NCBI GenBank assembly: GCA_001600815.1
Contig: BCKZ01000002.1
Coordinates: 1,248,294-1,312,293, forward strand
DNA length: 64,000 nucleotides
Source: Alloascoidea hylecoeti
Lineage: Eukaryota
Direction of reading: 5' to 3'
Numbering within the stretch: the first letter of the stretch is position 1; every line of letters starts with the position of its first letter. The position numbers and the translations under genes are program-made. Under the pieces are notes generated by a model. It worked only from the letters and a program-made list of their open reading frames with translations. It was not told where the DNA came from and did not search any database. Positions 35,702 through 48,699 of this stretch are shown piece after piece.

Positions 35702-36870
35702 AATTATAAAAAAGATTATATATAAACAATCCAGTGATATTAAAATGAAAGTTAAGGATCTATAAATTAGTGCTTTTGGATATATTAAAAAAATTAAAAT
35801 TATTGGGAACATACACTGAATATAAATGATTAATCGATTAAACAGAACTCTGATTTCGAAACATTTTGAGAAAAGTTTGATGATATTTCAAACAGATGTG
35901 TATCAAACTTCTAACAATATTTTACATGATACTAAATAGGTTTCATACACATAAGTTAAAAATAGATAGAACGGTTTAAAATCTTAATCTTACTGAGAAT
36001 AGATTAAAGTTTACGATTTTGTGGGACCTGCATCATTATTACCCAAAACAGTGTTCTAAAGAAAACTCTACCACTAGTTATAATCTGGATTCTGAAATCC
36101 AAAATCATATATATATAATTATTGCAATAGCTAATAACTTTAGCTACTCCGGTAGAGTAAACTATTATAACCGAAATTTAGTAGACGCATATGTAATAAT
36201 ACATTTAATACACATGCGGACTATTCGGTTTATTAGTCATGTAGCAAAGTGCATTATGACATATGCATGTGAATCGATGAAGAGCGATAATAAACACTTA
36301 CATTGATATGTCCTAAATTGATCTCCTAATTGCAATTAAAATCCTAATGATATTTGAATCTCTGATAACTGATATATAGATAATGTTTACATGTGTACGT
36401 GTCTCTCTACCGTATATATATAAGAAAGAAAAGTTGAGCTCCTGATCTTCTAATTATAATGTAAAAATATTTTCCATTATGATCGATCGATAACGTTAAC
36501 GTTACCTATTTCTAAATTCTAATTGCGATTACAATAAATATATCGTATTTTAGTCCCTATAAAGCTTATATAACAAATTTTATCAAAACAGCAAACTATT
36601 AATTAACAAAAACTATAATTATTGCTAGATCTAATTATAACAGTCATCAAATAAATATATATTAATATACACAAATAGTTTATAATTGCAAAAAAATTAC
36701 ATCCCAAGCTCTAAAAAAAATCGTTTTTGTTTTGTTTTTTGTCTTACCGTAATCGGAGTCGGAAGGAATCAACCATGACTAAAAATTAATAGGTCATGCG
36801 AGTTCCCTAACCATGTATAAGAATGCATCGATAAGTGGTATAAATTTGAACATGATGAAGCATCATGATA

Positions 36871-37815
36871 TCAAAACCCTGCGCTATAGTAGCGGCCTTC
36901 CTCTAATTCATCTATTATAGCTTCAACGGCCTCGTAGTCGTCGTCATCTTCCACTAATTCAACACTAGAGTACTTAATCAGATCCCAACGCTTCCAAAAT
37001 AATTCAGAGTCGTTAACTCCATTTCCTTCAACATAATCCTGCAAGTAATATTTCGCTTTTAATAAACGATCTTTTAATTGTTGTAGCAGAACAGTCGTTG
37101 GCTCCTCAGAAATACTCTTTCTAGGAGACCGTCTATTAGCGGCAAGCTCTTTACTCTTCTGTTCTTGATCATGATCAGATTCATCTCCAGACTCAACTAT
37201 ACTTGTAGGTGAAGTTGGAAATTGCGATGATGTAATATAATCCGTTTCATCAGGGTATGAATAACAACCGCAATATTGTGCCCATGCCTCATCAATTGCA
37301 GTTACAAGATAGTCGAAACACCTCGTTCGTGCTTCAATATCTTCATGTGATATAATAGACAATCTTTTTCTCCTGCTAGAACTAGAAGATAAAACATGTC
37401 CATTAACATTAGAATTATTTCTTGAGTGGTTTATACTAAAAGATTGAGAATTAAATGTATCTGTATCGCGAAAACGTGCAGTACAACTTTCATTGTCTTC
37501 ATCTTCCTCGTCGCTATATTGCGAAACAGCTTCAATCAGAGATGGTTTCCGAGAACTTACTGTATTTATGAAGGAAGAACCCCATTTTGGAGAAGAAGAA
37601 TCACACATAGTAGGTTTCGCTCGTTTATAATTTACCTTTTCTTCCTCAGATGAGGATGCGGATTTAAATCTAACAATCTGGTTTATTCCATAGAAACACC
37701 CAGTACAGCTATCTTCACAAAGCTTTGGTTTCTTAACACATTCGAAAACTGAGTTGTGTTTTTGTCTCTTCTTACTAACCGTAATGTAATTTTGAGGTAA
37801 ATTATTAGTAAGCAT
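36871..37815 (-). CDS. Hypothetical protein with conserved-looking C-terminal half
   Basis: RCFDYLVTAIDEAWAQYC, LKDRLLKAKYYL, FWKRWDLIKY; true start uncertain (ORF start overlaps a TACTAAT..TAG acceptor-like stretch; MCDSS is an alternative). Confidence 0.75.
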   Translation of the reverse strand: MLTNNLPQNYITVSKKRQKHNSVFECVKKPKLCEDSCTGCFYGINQIVRFKSASSSEEEKVNYKRAKPTMCDSSSPKWGSSFINTVSSRKPSLIEAVSQYSDEEDEDNESCTARFRDTDTFNSQSFSINHSRNNSNVNGHVLSSSSSRRKRLSIISHEDIEARTRCFDYLVTAIDEAWAQYCGCYSYPDETDYITSSQFPTSPTSIVESGDESDHDQEQKSKELAANRRSPRKSISEEPTTVLLQQLKDRLLKAKYYLQDYVEGNGVNDSELFWKRWDLIKYSSVELVEDDDDYEAVEAIIDELEEGRYYSAGF

Positions 37816-38370
37816 TTGAGTATTACCCGGTGTAGCACAAGTGTAGAGGAGATGTATGCAGATACGACCTTAAAACGCCAGAGAGCGGTACAATTAAGCA
37901 GTCTCAATTAGGCAAAAGCGAGTGGCGAATAAAAAGCAATCAACCGACAGAATGCGTGCAAATTTGTTATAATTTACTTTTTGATAGCCAACAGGCAGAG
38001 ATAGGATTAGCCAAGTTAATCTTTAAAATAAATAAAGGTTTTGGATGGTGAGTGCCGAAAGAAAGCACACAACTATTATAAGGGGCGGGCGGACGTTCAG
38101 AAAGAAAAAGAATTTTCTGGAATGCCTAAGAGAAAGATCCAGTTTCCACAGTAACTAGCGCCTCGGCGTATTTTGGGGTCTGTGAGAAAATATGAGAATG
38201 ACATATAAAATTTAGAGTTGGCGTAGTCATTTGCATATGCATATGCATTGATTGTGTTTTGCTGTTGTGGATGATATCATGGAGCGGCCGGGTTTGACTA
38301 CAAAAGTATATAAAAGGATTGGACCCTTCTATTTTTTTTTGTTCTTTAAAAAACATTTACAATACTAATA

Positions 38371-38620
38371 ATGCAATTCAAATCTCTCATCGCTGTTCTT
38401 GCCACTGTGTCGGCCGTCGCCGCTACAAACACGTAAGTACCAAACTTAGGGTCGTTCTGCCTCATCTTATGTTTATTCTAACGTTAACTTTCTTATTAGC
38501 ACTAACACCACAAACGGAACTATTCCAACTTCCCCTTCAGTTAATGGTGCCTCAAGCTCAGTCATGAATGCTGGTATTGCTGGTATCGCTGTTGCCGGTG
38601 TAATTGCTGTCCTTTTATAA
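38371..38620 (+). CDS. 60-aa secreted GPI-anchored microprotein; exons 38371-38432, 38500-38620
   Basis: MQFKSLIAVLATVSAVAA|TNTTNTTNGTIPTSPSVNGA|SSSVMNAGIAGIAVAGVIAVLL; GTAAGT..CTAAC..TAG intron; TATATAAA upstream. Confidence 0.88.
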
Positions 38621-39837
38621 ATGTAAAATAAAACATTTCCATTATGATTCTTGCAAACATTACTCTGTGTTTAGTGCTAATTATACAATACTAACCAGGG
38701 GTTTTCTAATTTTACATTATCTATTCAGATAATTGGTTATTTTCAGGGGTTTTTTGTTTACCCATTAAAGCTCTTCACATTATTTGTTTTTGTGTTTCTG
38801 ATAGAATATAGTAATAATAATAAATAATAATATTTCACTTGATTAATTGTTAAATTTGTGTACATTCTGTTCAACATTCTAAATAACCGGGTAGCTAATC
38901 AAATATAGTTCCTAATTAGCCGTAGTATATCGTTATAAACATGATACATATGCATGATGTATGTCAAATGATTCGATCTGGATTTTAGACAAAAAAAAAT
39001 ATCTCTATATGTCCCAAATAGTATGTCATCCGTTGAAGTGAAACTTTCATAACCGGATTATTTTCATTTTGAATCACCAATAGATTCAAACTAGAGCATG
39101 ACAAAATTTTCATCAGAATGATTGTTAACTGCTTCATTAGGAACACTAATTATGGGTGTGCATATACTGGCATTATCTGACCTAATTATAGCTGGATCCT
39201 GCATATCTTATAATGCCAAGAGTACAACAAATTTGATAACAATTTTGATAAACAATTGTGATGGTATTTTTGTTCACATTTGTGTTAGCAATTAGTCTAG
39301 ATCTCGGATCTTCTTCTTCTATTTATAGATTCTAAGCTAATTAGACGGATTTAGTAATATTCTAAAAAACGGATACTTAACAAGTCTATTATAAGTATTA
39401 CTAATTAATATCAATAATGGTGTATATATTACTTCAATTACGACAGATTAGGAATATCATGTATAGCGCACACAAATACCATATGACGTTCTAATGTGAC
39501 ACTTTGTAAGGAAAAAAAAATTTAATCAATTTTAGATATGACATATGGGGATTTTACATTTGAAGCCAGCTGACTACGTTACGTAAGCAACTTCAAAAAT
39601 GTATTTATCCAGAAACTTTGTTTAACTTCATTCTTCACTTCTTTGAGTTTGAACTTTCGGGTAAATTATTATTTTCAGCAAATTAATTGATCTCATTTGA
39701 CTAATACATAACCTTTCTTACAATGGAAGAAACTGTTACTTTTCTAACGTGTTATTGAATTGCCAACTTTCAAAATTTTAACCCATTATAATTAAACTTG
39801 TGATAAATCTGAGAATCGGATTTTTGGTCCAAACACA

Positions 39838-41227
39838 ATGATCTTCTCAGCTTATTTAATAACAACTGTGCTTACGCTTGTTTGCAATGCCTCTTTGGAG
39901 AGGAGAACTTCCAACGCTTTGATTGACCATCAAAGTAATGAAACAGGTGTTCAAGCGCCAGAGGCGGCTAGGGCTAGTAAGAATAAGTGAAAATCCAGCG
40001 CTTAATTCAAAATCTAACCAACCACCATGAATTGATCTAGTAAATCAAGATTTATTTTGGCCATGTGATGTTTCTCATTTTATTGTAAATAACCAGCAGG
40101 ATATTGTCAGCTTATCACCATGTGTGCATTTCAAGGGATCGATTACAATTGACGCTCCTTTTGACCAGATGTCAGTGATTTTACCAAACCTTCAAAAGGT
40201 AGGAGGAGATTTGACCATATCTGGTTCCAATGAACTTGCAAAATTTAGTGCACCCAATTTACAAAAGGTCAAGAAAACTCTAAAAATAACGAAACTGACA
40301 TCATTAACAATGTTGGAATTGCCATCACTAGAGATAGTTGGGACTCTTAATTGGAATGTTTTACCATTGCTCTACAAAGTTGACTTAAGCACAGGTATTT
40401 CTAGTGCTAAAAATATTATAGTCATTGACACATCATTAGACTCGGTGGAAAACTTCTTTAAAATGGACATTCTTTCTATATTTAATATTAATAATAACAG
40501 ATATCTACGTGATATTAGTGCTCCTTTGGTAGCTGTTACTGAGCTTCTAGAAGTTAGTGATAACTCAGTATCATCTAATTTATCTCTACCACTATTACAT
40601 GATGTGAATAATATTACAATTCGTGGTGTTGCCCATGCTAACCTGAACAGTTTAAGAGAAGTAAAACAATCAACCGGGTTTATTAAAGGAACTTATTCAT
40701 CTCTCGAGTTTCCAAGACTATATCGAGTAGGAGGAACTTTAAGTATTTCTCAAAATAAAAACTTGAAGGAAATTTATTCGCCGTGCTTAGAAACTATTAG
40801 TGGAGGGTTGGTTGTTATGAATAATACAGAGTTGAGAAAAATTGATGGGTTCGAAGAATTAACTACAATTGGAGGTGCCATCGAATTTAAGGGGTCATTT
40901 AATACAGCAAGTTTCAAAAATTTAGAGCTTGTTAAAGGTAGTGCGTCTATTATAAGCGATTCTGAGAACTTTGACTGTAGTAATTGGACTAAGCAAAAAA
41001 CGAGAGGTATTATTCAAGGGAACAAATTGGTCTGTGAATCTGCTAAAAAATCGACAGTTATCGATACCAATATAGGCACCCAAAATATTGATTCTATCAA
41101 AAAAGTAAAGTTAGAAACAGAAGTTTCTAATAATTCTATGTCCTTCGGCAATTCCAATAATAGGGCAATTTCATTGATGGGTGGAATTCTCATTATGATA
41201 CTGGTTGTGAAATATCTACGTCGTTGA
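39838..41227 (+). CDS. Ecm33/Sps2 family cell-surface protein (receptor L-domain repeats); exons 39838-39976, 40041-41227
   Basis: Signal peptide in exon 1; repeated L..VGG.L.I..N..L units, FNINNNRYL, FDCSNW; hydrophobic C-terminus. Confidence 0.88.
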
Positions 41228-41491
41228 TCATGACCTTAGTTTTAGCAAAAGAAGTACAGGTTATACTACCGTGTATAATAATTAATATACATTCATAAGA
41301 GCTATATAAGCTTATATATGTACTCGTAGTATCCTTCTTAGATCAATTACAATATTAACAATATACCGGGTATATTATATCTTATTAATATCAGCTGCAT
41401 AGTTAGTATTAATTATAACATTCATATATAACTCTTATAGTCATAAAAAGCTATTGATCTGTTAACACACCATAAAGTGTAAGTTATATGA

Positions 41492-42917
41492 TCATAGATC
41501 ACTTCTTGCTAAAATTAGTGTGAGACGCAAGCTTTCATCATCAATTCTAGGCATTTTACCTATGCAACGACATCTGCCCATGATTGACATTAGAAAAATA
41601 TCTTCTTCGAACTTTTCATCTTCTTTCAGAAGAAACTGTTCTATCCCTAATGGATTTAAATACCCTGGGAAGCAACTGTCATCCAAAATCTTGCCCTCCC
41701 AATCCAAATTCCGAAATTTGAAATTGGGATACATTGCATCTAAAAATCGAATAATCATCCCTTGATTAAAACCTTCTGGAAAATGGCGATTAAAATAGTC
41801 AATATCAACTTTCAGGTAATGTTGTAGTACATTATAACTTGCCGCTCTATATATTCGATCTGCGATTGTATCTGAAGGGTACTTACATATGGGGGAGATT
41901 GTATTAACAACATGTTCAACTGTTTTACGAAGATCATTACCTGCAACTGGAGTTGGAGGCCTAAGAGGGATATCTGGCATAGCTGTGGGTAGCATTATAT
42001 TTTGCTGTTGATGCTCTGGGGAAACACCGTAATAATATGTATCTACTGGTTGAGAATCTTGAAATGATGATGATGATTTATTGCTTTCTTGAAATAAGGG
42101 TGATAATCCAAGCGGATTAGAATCAGACGTTCGAGTATGAACAGAATTCGAAGCAGCCATTGAGTAATCTAGTAATGGATTTGGAGAAGGGCTTATTACT
42201 CTTGAAGAAAAATCTATAGGTGGAGGTGACGTGATCGAAACAGAAGCATCAAAAATTGCGGAGTCACCGAATTGTTTTGCCATTTCTTCCACTTGCTCAA
42301 AATCAAACGAATTGGATGGTATACCGACATATTCTTGCTTTTCAATGGAGCTATGACCGGATGAACTTGAAGTGGAAGGCTGTGAATCATGTAGCTGTTG
42401 GGCAGAGGAGGATTCGGGGTTTGTTTGACTCATCCGTATTAAGTTTCCCATCCTCATCCCCGCAATTGCAAAGAGTTTAGTAAATTCAGGGTCGTTTTTA
42501 TCCATGCTCATATATAGACCCCTCTGATAAAAAGCATAAAATTCCGATCCAAGTTGGTTAACTGTTTGTTCCAGTTGTTGTATCTTGAGTCTACTGTGCT
42601 CTATTTGAGTATCCTTCTTGGCTCGATATGACATTTGAGCTCGCCGTATTTGATCCCGACGTTTCTAAAGAAAAACCATATATGATATATGCCCGTTAGC
42701 TACCTTGTACTTGTGAATATAATAGAGTTCAACCTTCAAATAAATAATTATTCCATACCTGTGATAGTTTATAATTACTTTTTCCATTATTATTCCTTTC
42801 CGAATCTACCCCATCTCTAGCGACTTTACTACTAGTGCTGGAGCTTGTGTCACTTTGGCTGAAGTTGTCAACTTCAGATATAGTACGCCTGTTGCTTTTG
42901 CTAGATGGTGAGGACAT
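41492..42917 (-). CDS. bZIP transcription factor; exons 42917-42759, 42664-41492
   Basis: Splicing GTATGG..GCTAAC..TAG gives KRRDQIRRAQMSYRAKKDTQIEHSRLKIQQLEQTVNQL (basic region plus zipper). Confidence 0.82.
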
Positions 42918-44249
42918 TATCGAATGGACGTATATCAATATAGTGTTATGTATTGTTTAAAAATTTTGAAATAAACGAAGTTTTATATATTATGGGTTGA
43001 TTTTTTTAATTAAAATATTCTCTTTTAAATATTTTTTAACCCATCTAATAAAATGGTGCATGCCACTGAAAATGAACAACTTTAAGGAAAATCAAAAATA
43101 TCAACGTCCTCGTGGAAAATGTGACCACGACACCAAAATTACTTCATTTGTGTATTAAAGACGACAAATGGTACGGGTAGAAAAATGGCAAATCTAATTT
43201 GTATTGTTTTCAAATTAATCTTTGCACTTCTCCGTCAAATTATTTGTCCCTGTTTCTTAACTATGTAGGCCACCAGGTTTTGCGGTCATAGATTCAATGA
43301 GGTGCACAGCGTGGAACACATCTACTTTATCTAGACAAATGCATGGATATATATGGAGAGACATTTCCTCAAGGGGGAATATGTTCGATGAATGCATATT
43401 TTCTGGAGGCCAAAATTTCGCGTCAGAAAAATGTTGTTCATTTTGAGTGGGGCTCACAATGTAAAAAATCATTTGGGTGCCATATGATCAATGTACTTTT
43501 TGTTCCATAATTAAATCTATAATAAAATATTAAAAGCATTAAGTTTTGGAGTGTGGCATTTGTGGCGCAATTCATATTAATATCAATATTACTAATTAAT
43601 AATTAGATGACGGGGCAAGGAATTAACGGTGTTTATGTCGGCTCTAGTGCATAATTTATATGAATTTATGAGCTTCTGTGATTTCTATCCTTTTTAATAT
43701 AGTAGATCTAGGAGTATTATTTGCCGTCTAACGATATATATATAATAAAGTATTGTTTAATTATTATAGGAGTAAATAAGTACATGTATAAATATATCTA
43801 CAAATAAATCTAGATCTAGACTACGATTAATAAATATATTCAGATATGAATGAACTCATTGTAACGATTTTATTGGAGGTTTAGTATTAGGTTAATCTAG
43901 ATCTAGAGTTGAAGTTGGAAACCGGTTTTGAGTTAATCCGAGATATCATATCTGGTTTTTATATTACAGATGTGTTTTGGTATGAATCTTATGATTTGTC
44001 TTTCAAGAAAAAAATCTAGGATATTACTAGAATATTAAATATCATATTAACTAAAGATCAGATATACCTGTAAATTCATAATAGGCATAGAATATTATCA
44101 TTTATAACTGGTGGCTGCTTCAATCGGTCACAAAAGCTTAAGACTACATATATAAAGTTTATAAGGTTACATGCGGCTGTTTATATTAAACTCAATTGCA
44201 AGCTCTTTTTTCTCCTTCAAAAATCTCCATATATGGATGCATAGAATGT

Positions 44250-44860
44250 CTTCTAGAATTCCTTTAAGCAATATCCAGGTAATTGTAATTATAAGAAGAA
44301 ATTGTAACCAACTAAGTAGCATCTCCTCGAATTTGAGAGCCTAAAACACTTAGTGAAAGGGCGGTAAATATTCTGAGCAAAAAGCTTCCCCATGAATACG
44401 TTTGATGATCAGATTTCAAAGTTCAGCACACTAGCTATAGCACTGATATATTAAAGGCCACTCTAAGAACCCTTCTGAAAATACGTGGGAATGTATCATT
44501 TTCGGCATTTAAAAAGCCATATATGAACGAAACATAAAAATATAATCTAAAGATAGATTGGAGTGGTATTAGGAAGTTGTAGATGGTATTGTATTTAGTG
44601 ATGAATGTTCGGTCATTATAGGATCCGGATGCGGAAAAGTTTTATGTTTGACGAAAATCAGACCATATCTTTTAATCACAAAATATTTATAGTATAGGGA
44701 GCTCAGGGTCTGTAAGTCTTATGACATGGGCGGCTGGAATTTGGAAAGGATGTCATGCTAAACTGTATAAGAGTGGTCAGAAGCTTTCCACATAATGTAT
44801 AAATGAAGAAAGATCTATTTCAAAATATTGAGACCTCCTAGGAAAACATTGATAATCTGA
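44250..44860 (+). mobile_element. Decayed Tc1/mariner (DDE_3) transposase
   Basis: Ordered motifs PKTLSER (cf. GRPxxLSxR), TLRTLLKIRG...KKPYM, IVFSDECSV (44588-44614), SLMTWAAGIWKG (44715); frameshifts and stops; TIRs not found. Confidence 0.7.
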
Positions 44861-45434
44861 TTGACTTCATTCATGCTTTGCAAAGTGGCAGCGGTTTAGT
44901 GTTAAGGGCGGACAGTAAATACTTAACTTAAAATGTCATTTTATATCCTAGTATAATCTCTAGTACCTACGGAATATTATAACACTATTGTAAGAATAGG
45001 CTCCTAAAGTATTCAGTAGCTGATTATAATATTTCCTTTTTCGGAGTGCAGTCTGAAAAAAGCGTATACGTAAGTTTAATTTATATCCGGCTCGGGCCGA
45101 CTATATCCTCTAAAATCATACACTTTAATCAAGAATCTAGATGATTCAAATTAAAAAATAATAGAAATCATTTTGCACAATTATAGATGTTATTAATTAC
45201 ACAAAATAAACTTAAATCTAAATCTAGCAAAATAATATTAAGATTCATCCATATAAATAATTATAGAGTGCTTAAATTTTATTATTTTATTGCATTTTAT
45301 TTATAACTTAGAAAAAGTATCAGCACAAGCATATAAGCATATAAGTTCATATAATATTCAATGATATAATGTATTATCATGAACCTACACAGAAGTTAGC
45401 AGATTGCAATTAATATTGAATTTTTTTTTTGATT

Positions 45435-47165
45435 TTAGGCCCCTCTTGAATTTAAGCTTCTAATATCGATTTCACTTGAAATCGGGTTGTTTGTAGATGG
45501 CTCATCATAATTTTCTTGTATTTGGCAGTTCTTAGCCGTAGATTTCGACTGTAAATCCCCCGGGTCCTTATTGTCATGAACATCTTCCACAATTCTTTCC
45601 TTTTCTATCCAAAAGTTAACCCTGTCTGTATATTGATCAAATCCATAAATAGCAAACATAAAGATTGTCAAAAATATAACTGAAATCAGAGCTGTAAGAT
45701 GGCCTGATCTATATCTTGGTGCATTGTCACTATCCCAAGTTGTTAGGGTCACTGGTATATTCAACAAAAGATGGACTGTATTGATTGCTCCTAGAGTGAT
45801 GGCTCTCAATTGATGGTCGTGACTACTAAGCAAGTTTAGCCAGCTGACTATAATTGGCGAGCAAAATCCATTGGTTGCTTGAAGTGCATATCCAGCCCAT
45901 ATTTGTGCCGTTAATCGTGGATGAGCTAGGTCTTTAACGTTCCAATTTATAATCAAGCCTAGCCCAAGAATCCATATAAGGCATGTCAATAGTATGAAAG
46001 GTGCCATGAAACCTCGTCGTTCTCTATACAGATCTAATAGCCAGCCAGAGGACATATTAGTGACAATTCCAACTGCATTTAATATTGTGGGCCAATTTGT
46101 CCTTTCGTTAGAATTATACCCTTGTCGTTTGAGCGCTATATTCCAATACGTTCCAGGCAGGATTGCATATCCCCACAAAGTCCATGTAGGCACGAAAAAC
46201 CAAAACTGCCATGATAGAAACAACCGTTTGAAAACTGTACTGTCAAGTTTGTTGATCTGTTCCTTTGATTTGACTCTCTTTGAAGCCAATTCGATTTCCT
46301 CTTCATTCAACCACCATCTAGGCTTAGCCTGGCAAGGGATATCAGGAGTAAAGAAAAATCCAAATAGTGCTACTGGAACAGTCAAAAGCCCATCGATAAT
46401 AAATAACCATCTCCAGCCGGACATACCATTTTTGTTCTTGAAAGTGTTATTGATAGCCGTTTGAATGTAACTCGCGAACATTGTTCCAACTGTACCCGAT
46501 GATATATAAATACTTGTTCTTTTACTTAGCTCTTGAGAAGTATACCAGGACCCAAGAATATAATGTACTGCTGGCCAAATCGTACCTTCGAATATTCCTT
46601 GAAAGAATCGAAGAGCACATAATGTTTCCAAATTTTTTGCTTTACACTGCCCTACCGTAAAGCATGACCAGAATATTTCAAATAATGGAATCACTATATG
46701 AGGGTTTACTTTTGTAATAAGAATATTTGAAGGTATACCTCCTAATGCATATCCAATATTGAAACACATATTCATTAGAGGTAAAGCTCCCCCGTTATTT
46801 GTAAGATTTAACTCTTCTTCCATGCCATTCACAAAAGCAACACTTAGATTACTTTGATCCAGGTATCGAATAAAGTATGATACGCAAACATATGTTAATA
46901 TGGTCACATCTAACTTAAATACCAGTTTTTTCTCAGAGTTTGAAGTTCCTGGAGGATACCAAAAGAAAAATTTATTCTTTTTAAGTGGCGGATTTTTAAA
47001 AGTAAAATAAAATCGACATTTTTGCCTGAATGTTAATTGATTGTTAATTTCTGCTTGTAGTTGAGATGCAGTATCTGTCGACGATGGCCGGGTTGATAAT
47101 TTTTCACCAGTACTATCTATATTATGCTCATAAAGCACATTTTTCTCTTGTGTAACGTCACTCAT
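45435..47165 (-). CDS. MFS anion:cation symporter (Fen2/Seo1/Vht1/Dal5 family vitamin or anion permease)
   Basis: EKKLVFKLD..ILTY.C..YF..YLDQSN...AFV.GM.EEL, LGSWYT..EL.KR, GMSGWRWLFIIDG, APRY..G. Confidence 0.9.
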   Translation of the reverse strand: MSDVTQEKNVLYEHNIDSTGEKLSTRPSSTDTASQLQAEINNQLTFRQKCRFYFTFKNPPLKKNKFFFWYPPGTSNSEKKLVFKLDVTILTYVCVSYFIRYLDQSNLSVAFVNGMEEELNLTNNGGALPLMNMCFNIGYALGGIPSNILITKVNPHIVIPLFEIFWSCFTVGQCKAKNLETLCALRFFQGIFEGTIWPAVHYILGSWYTSQELSKRTSIYISSGTVGTMFASYIQTAINNTFKNKNGMSGWRWLFIIDGLLTVPVALFGFFFTPDIPCQAKPRWWLNEEEIELASKRVKSKEQINKLDSTVFKRLFLSWQFWFFVPTWTLWGYAILPGTYWNIALKRQGYNSNERTNWPTILNAVGIVTNMSSGWLLDLYRERRGFMAPFILLTCLIWILGLGLIINWNVKDLAHPRLTAQIWAGYALQATNGFCSPIIVSWLNLLSSHDHQLRAITLGAINTVHLLLNIPVTLTTWDSDNAPRYRSGHLTALISVIFLTIFMFAIYGFDQYTDRVNFWIEKERIVEDVHDNKDPGDLQSKSTAKNCQIQENYDEPSTNNPISSEIDIRSLNSRGA

Positions 47166-48699
47166 ATATATATATCTTTGAACGGTATATATAGCTTATG
47201 ATTTAATTGAAGGGCAAGTTATTTATATAAGAATTTAGACGAATCCGCCAAAAAAGAACCCAAAAAACTTTTCAAGGAAAAAACCTTCCCTCTTGAAATT
47301 AAAGAGGAACTAAGTTATTTGGTTAAAGTTTCTAACTTCATGGATATATATAAAATTTAATCACAATTGGCCAGGGGTTGAAAGACCGCATTGTACGCCC
47401 TGATCAACAGCAATTGCATTTTCCAAGTAATTTAATTTTTGCTGATCAGTTATTCCATATGATTTAGGCATGTGGCTTCGGGCCAGTTGTGGGGGGGGTG
47501 TTATATTCTCTCGCGCTTATTTATTATATAAGATAAGATAGGTAGACCGCACGGCGCACATACATATAAAATCTTTCCTACGTATATGCCCATTAGCTAT
47601 AACCTTATTTAATATATATTTTAAAAGAATAATACATAATAACTCTGATCACCATTATCATCGATATCCCTTTCGAATTCAATTGAAATGAAAGTGGAAA
47701 GCTGTTAGCAATCTGACGGGGCTTTTCTGATAAAAACTACAATATTCCTAATCCTTATAATTACATTATACCTTTAAGGTTTAAAAACATATCCACTAAA
47801 TTACATTTGCGACACTATACGTTCAACAAATTTTGAAATAATTTTTGTGGTATTATACAATTGAATTTTGTGTAGTTTGTATTAATATTCATGCATGTAC
47901 CAATGATTAAGCTCATGCGCATGCTAGGAAAAAACATAGGAAAGTCTAGTGTATAGCTCATACCGTTAGACTTTCAATAGGCATATGATATTAATATCGT
48001 ATTTCTACGATACTATTTTTCTTTAAATAACGGAGATCTATAAATTCTATAATTACTATAGATAGTGTAATGGTATATGTTCTTCAAGAATCAAGACTTC
48101 AAAATTTTCTGAAAATTCGTAATAAAATTAAAAAAATATGTATAGGCCTACATATATGTAAGACTTAAGTATTTTCACAGATCGTGGAGAACCAGATAAT
48201 GTCTTCATCAGGCACCTTGTCGAAGACTTTTTCATATTTGTAGGCAAATCACCGATCAGGTTATAAGTCCACCAGGTGCATGATATCTTTTGCCGCTGGC
48301 ATCACACACTATCTGATTAACTACAACTTTTTATCATGAGTGGCTTTTCAAGTGTGTTAGTTCCAATCTGAGGCTCGTTTATTCTCGGGTGGGATGTTCA
48401 TCTTATCTTTTAACTTGTTAATGATAATACTATAGTACTATACTGGTCGATTTGAAATCAGATGTGATATTTTTTTTTTTTGATGATCTTAGCTAGTATT
48501 CTTTTCCTTTTATACATATTATAAAAAAATTGGTCTTTTTGAATTCGGCGTGATTGGGACTCTGTTATTGAGTTTTATGGATCACTTTTTTTTGGAGATA
48601 TATTTACATAGAGTTTGAACTTTAATGAAGGGGCGCCAGAGCTCGCCGCTTGGACACAATACATAAATTTGTAAACCTCGTATTTTCTTTCTCCACTCC

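Noticed and set aside
35702..35812. Hydrophobic N-terminal extension of the KAR4 ORF
   Set aside because: AT-rich leader-like composition; downstream ATG has better context.
39471..39477. CACAAAT middle-sporulation-element-like site upstream of the Sps2/Ecm33-like gene
   Set aside because: 7-mer is too common in AT-rich DNA to support on its own.
25631..47165. Pantothenate gene cluster (CAB1 plus FEN2-like permease)
   Set aside because: About 18 kb and several unrelated genes apart; permease substrate unknown.
48180..48320. IVCDAS on the minus strand resembling Ty3/gypsy RNase H
   Set aside because: Single short motif with no supporting neighbours or LTRs.
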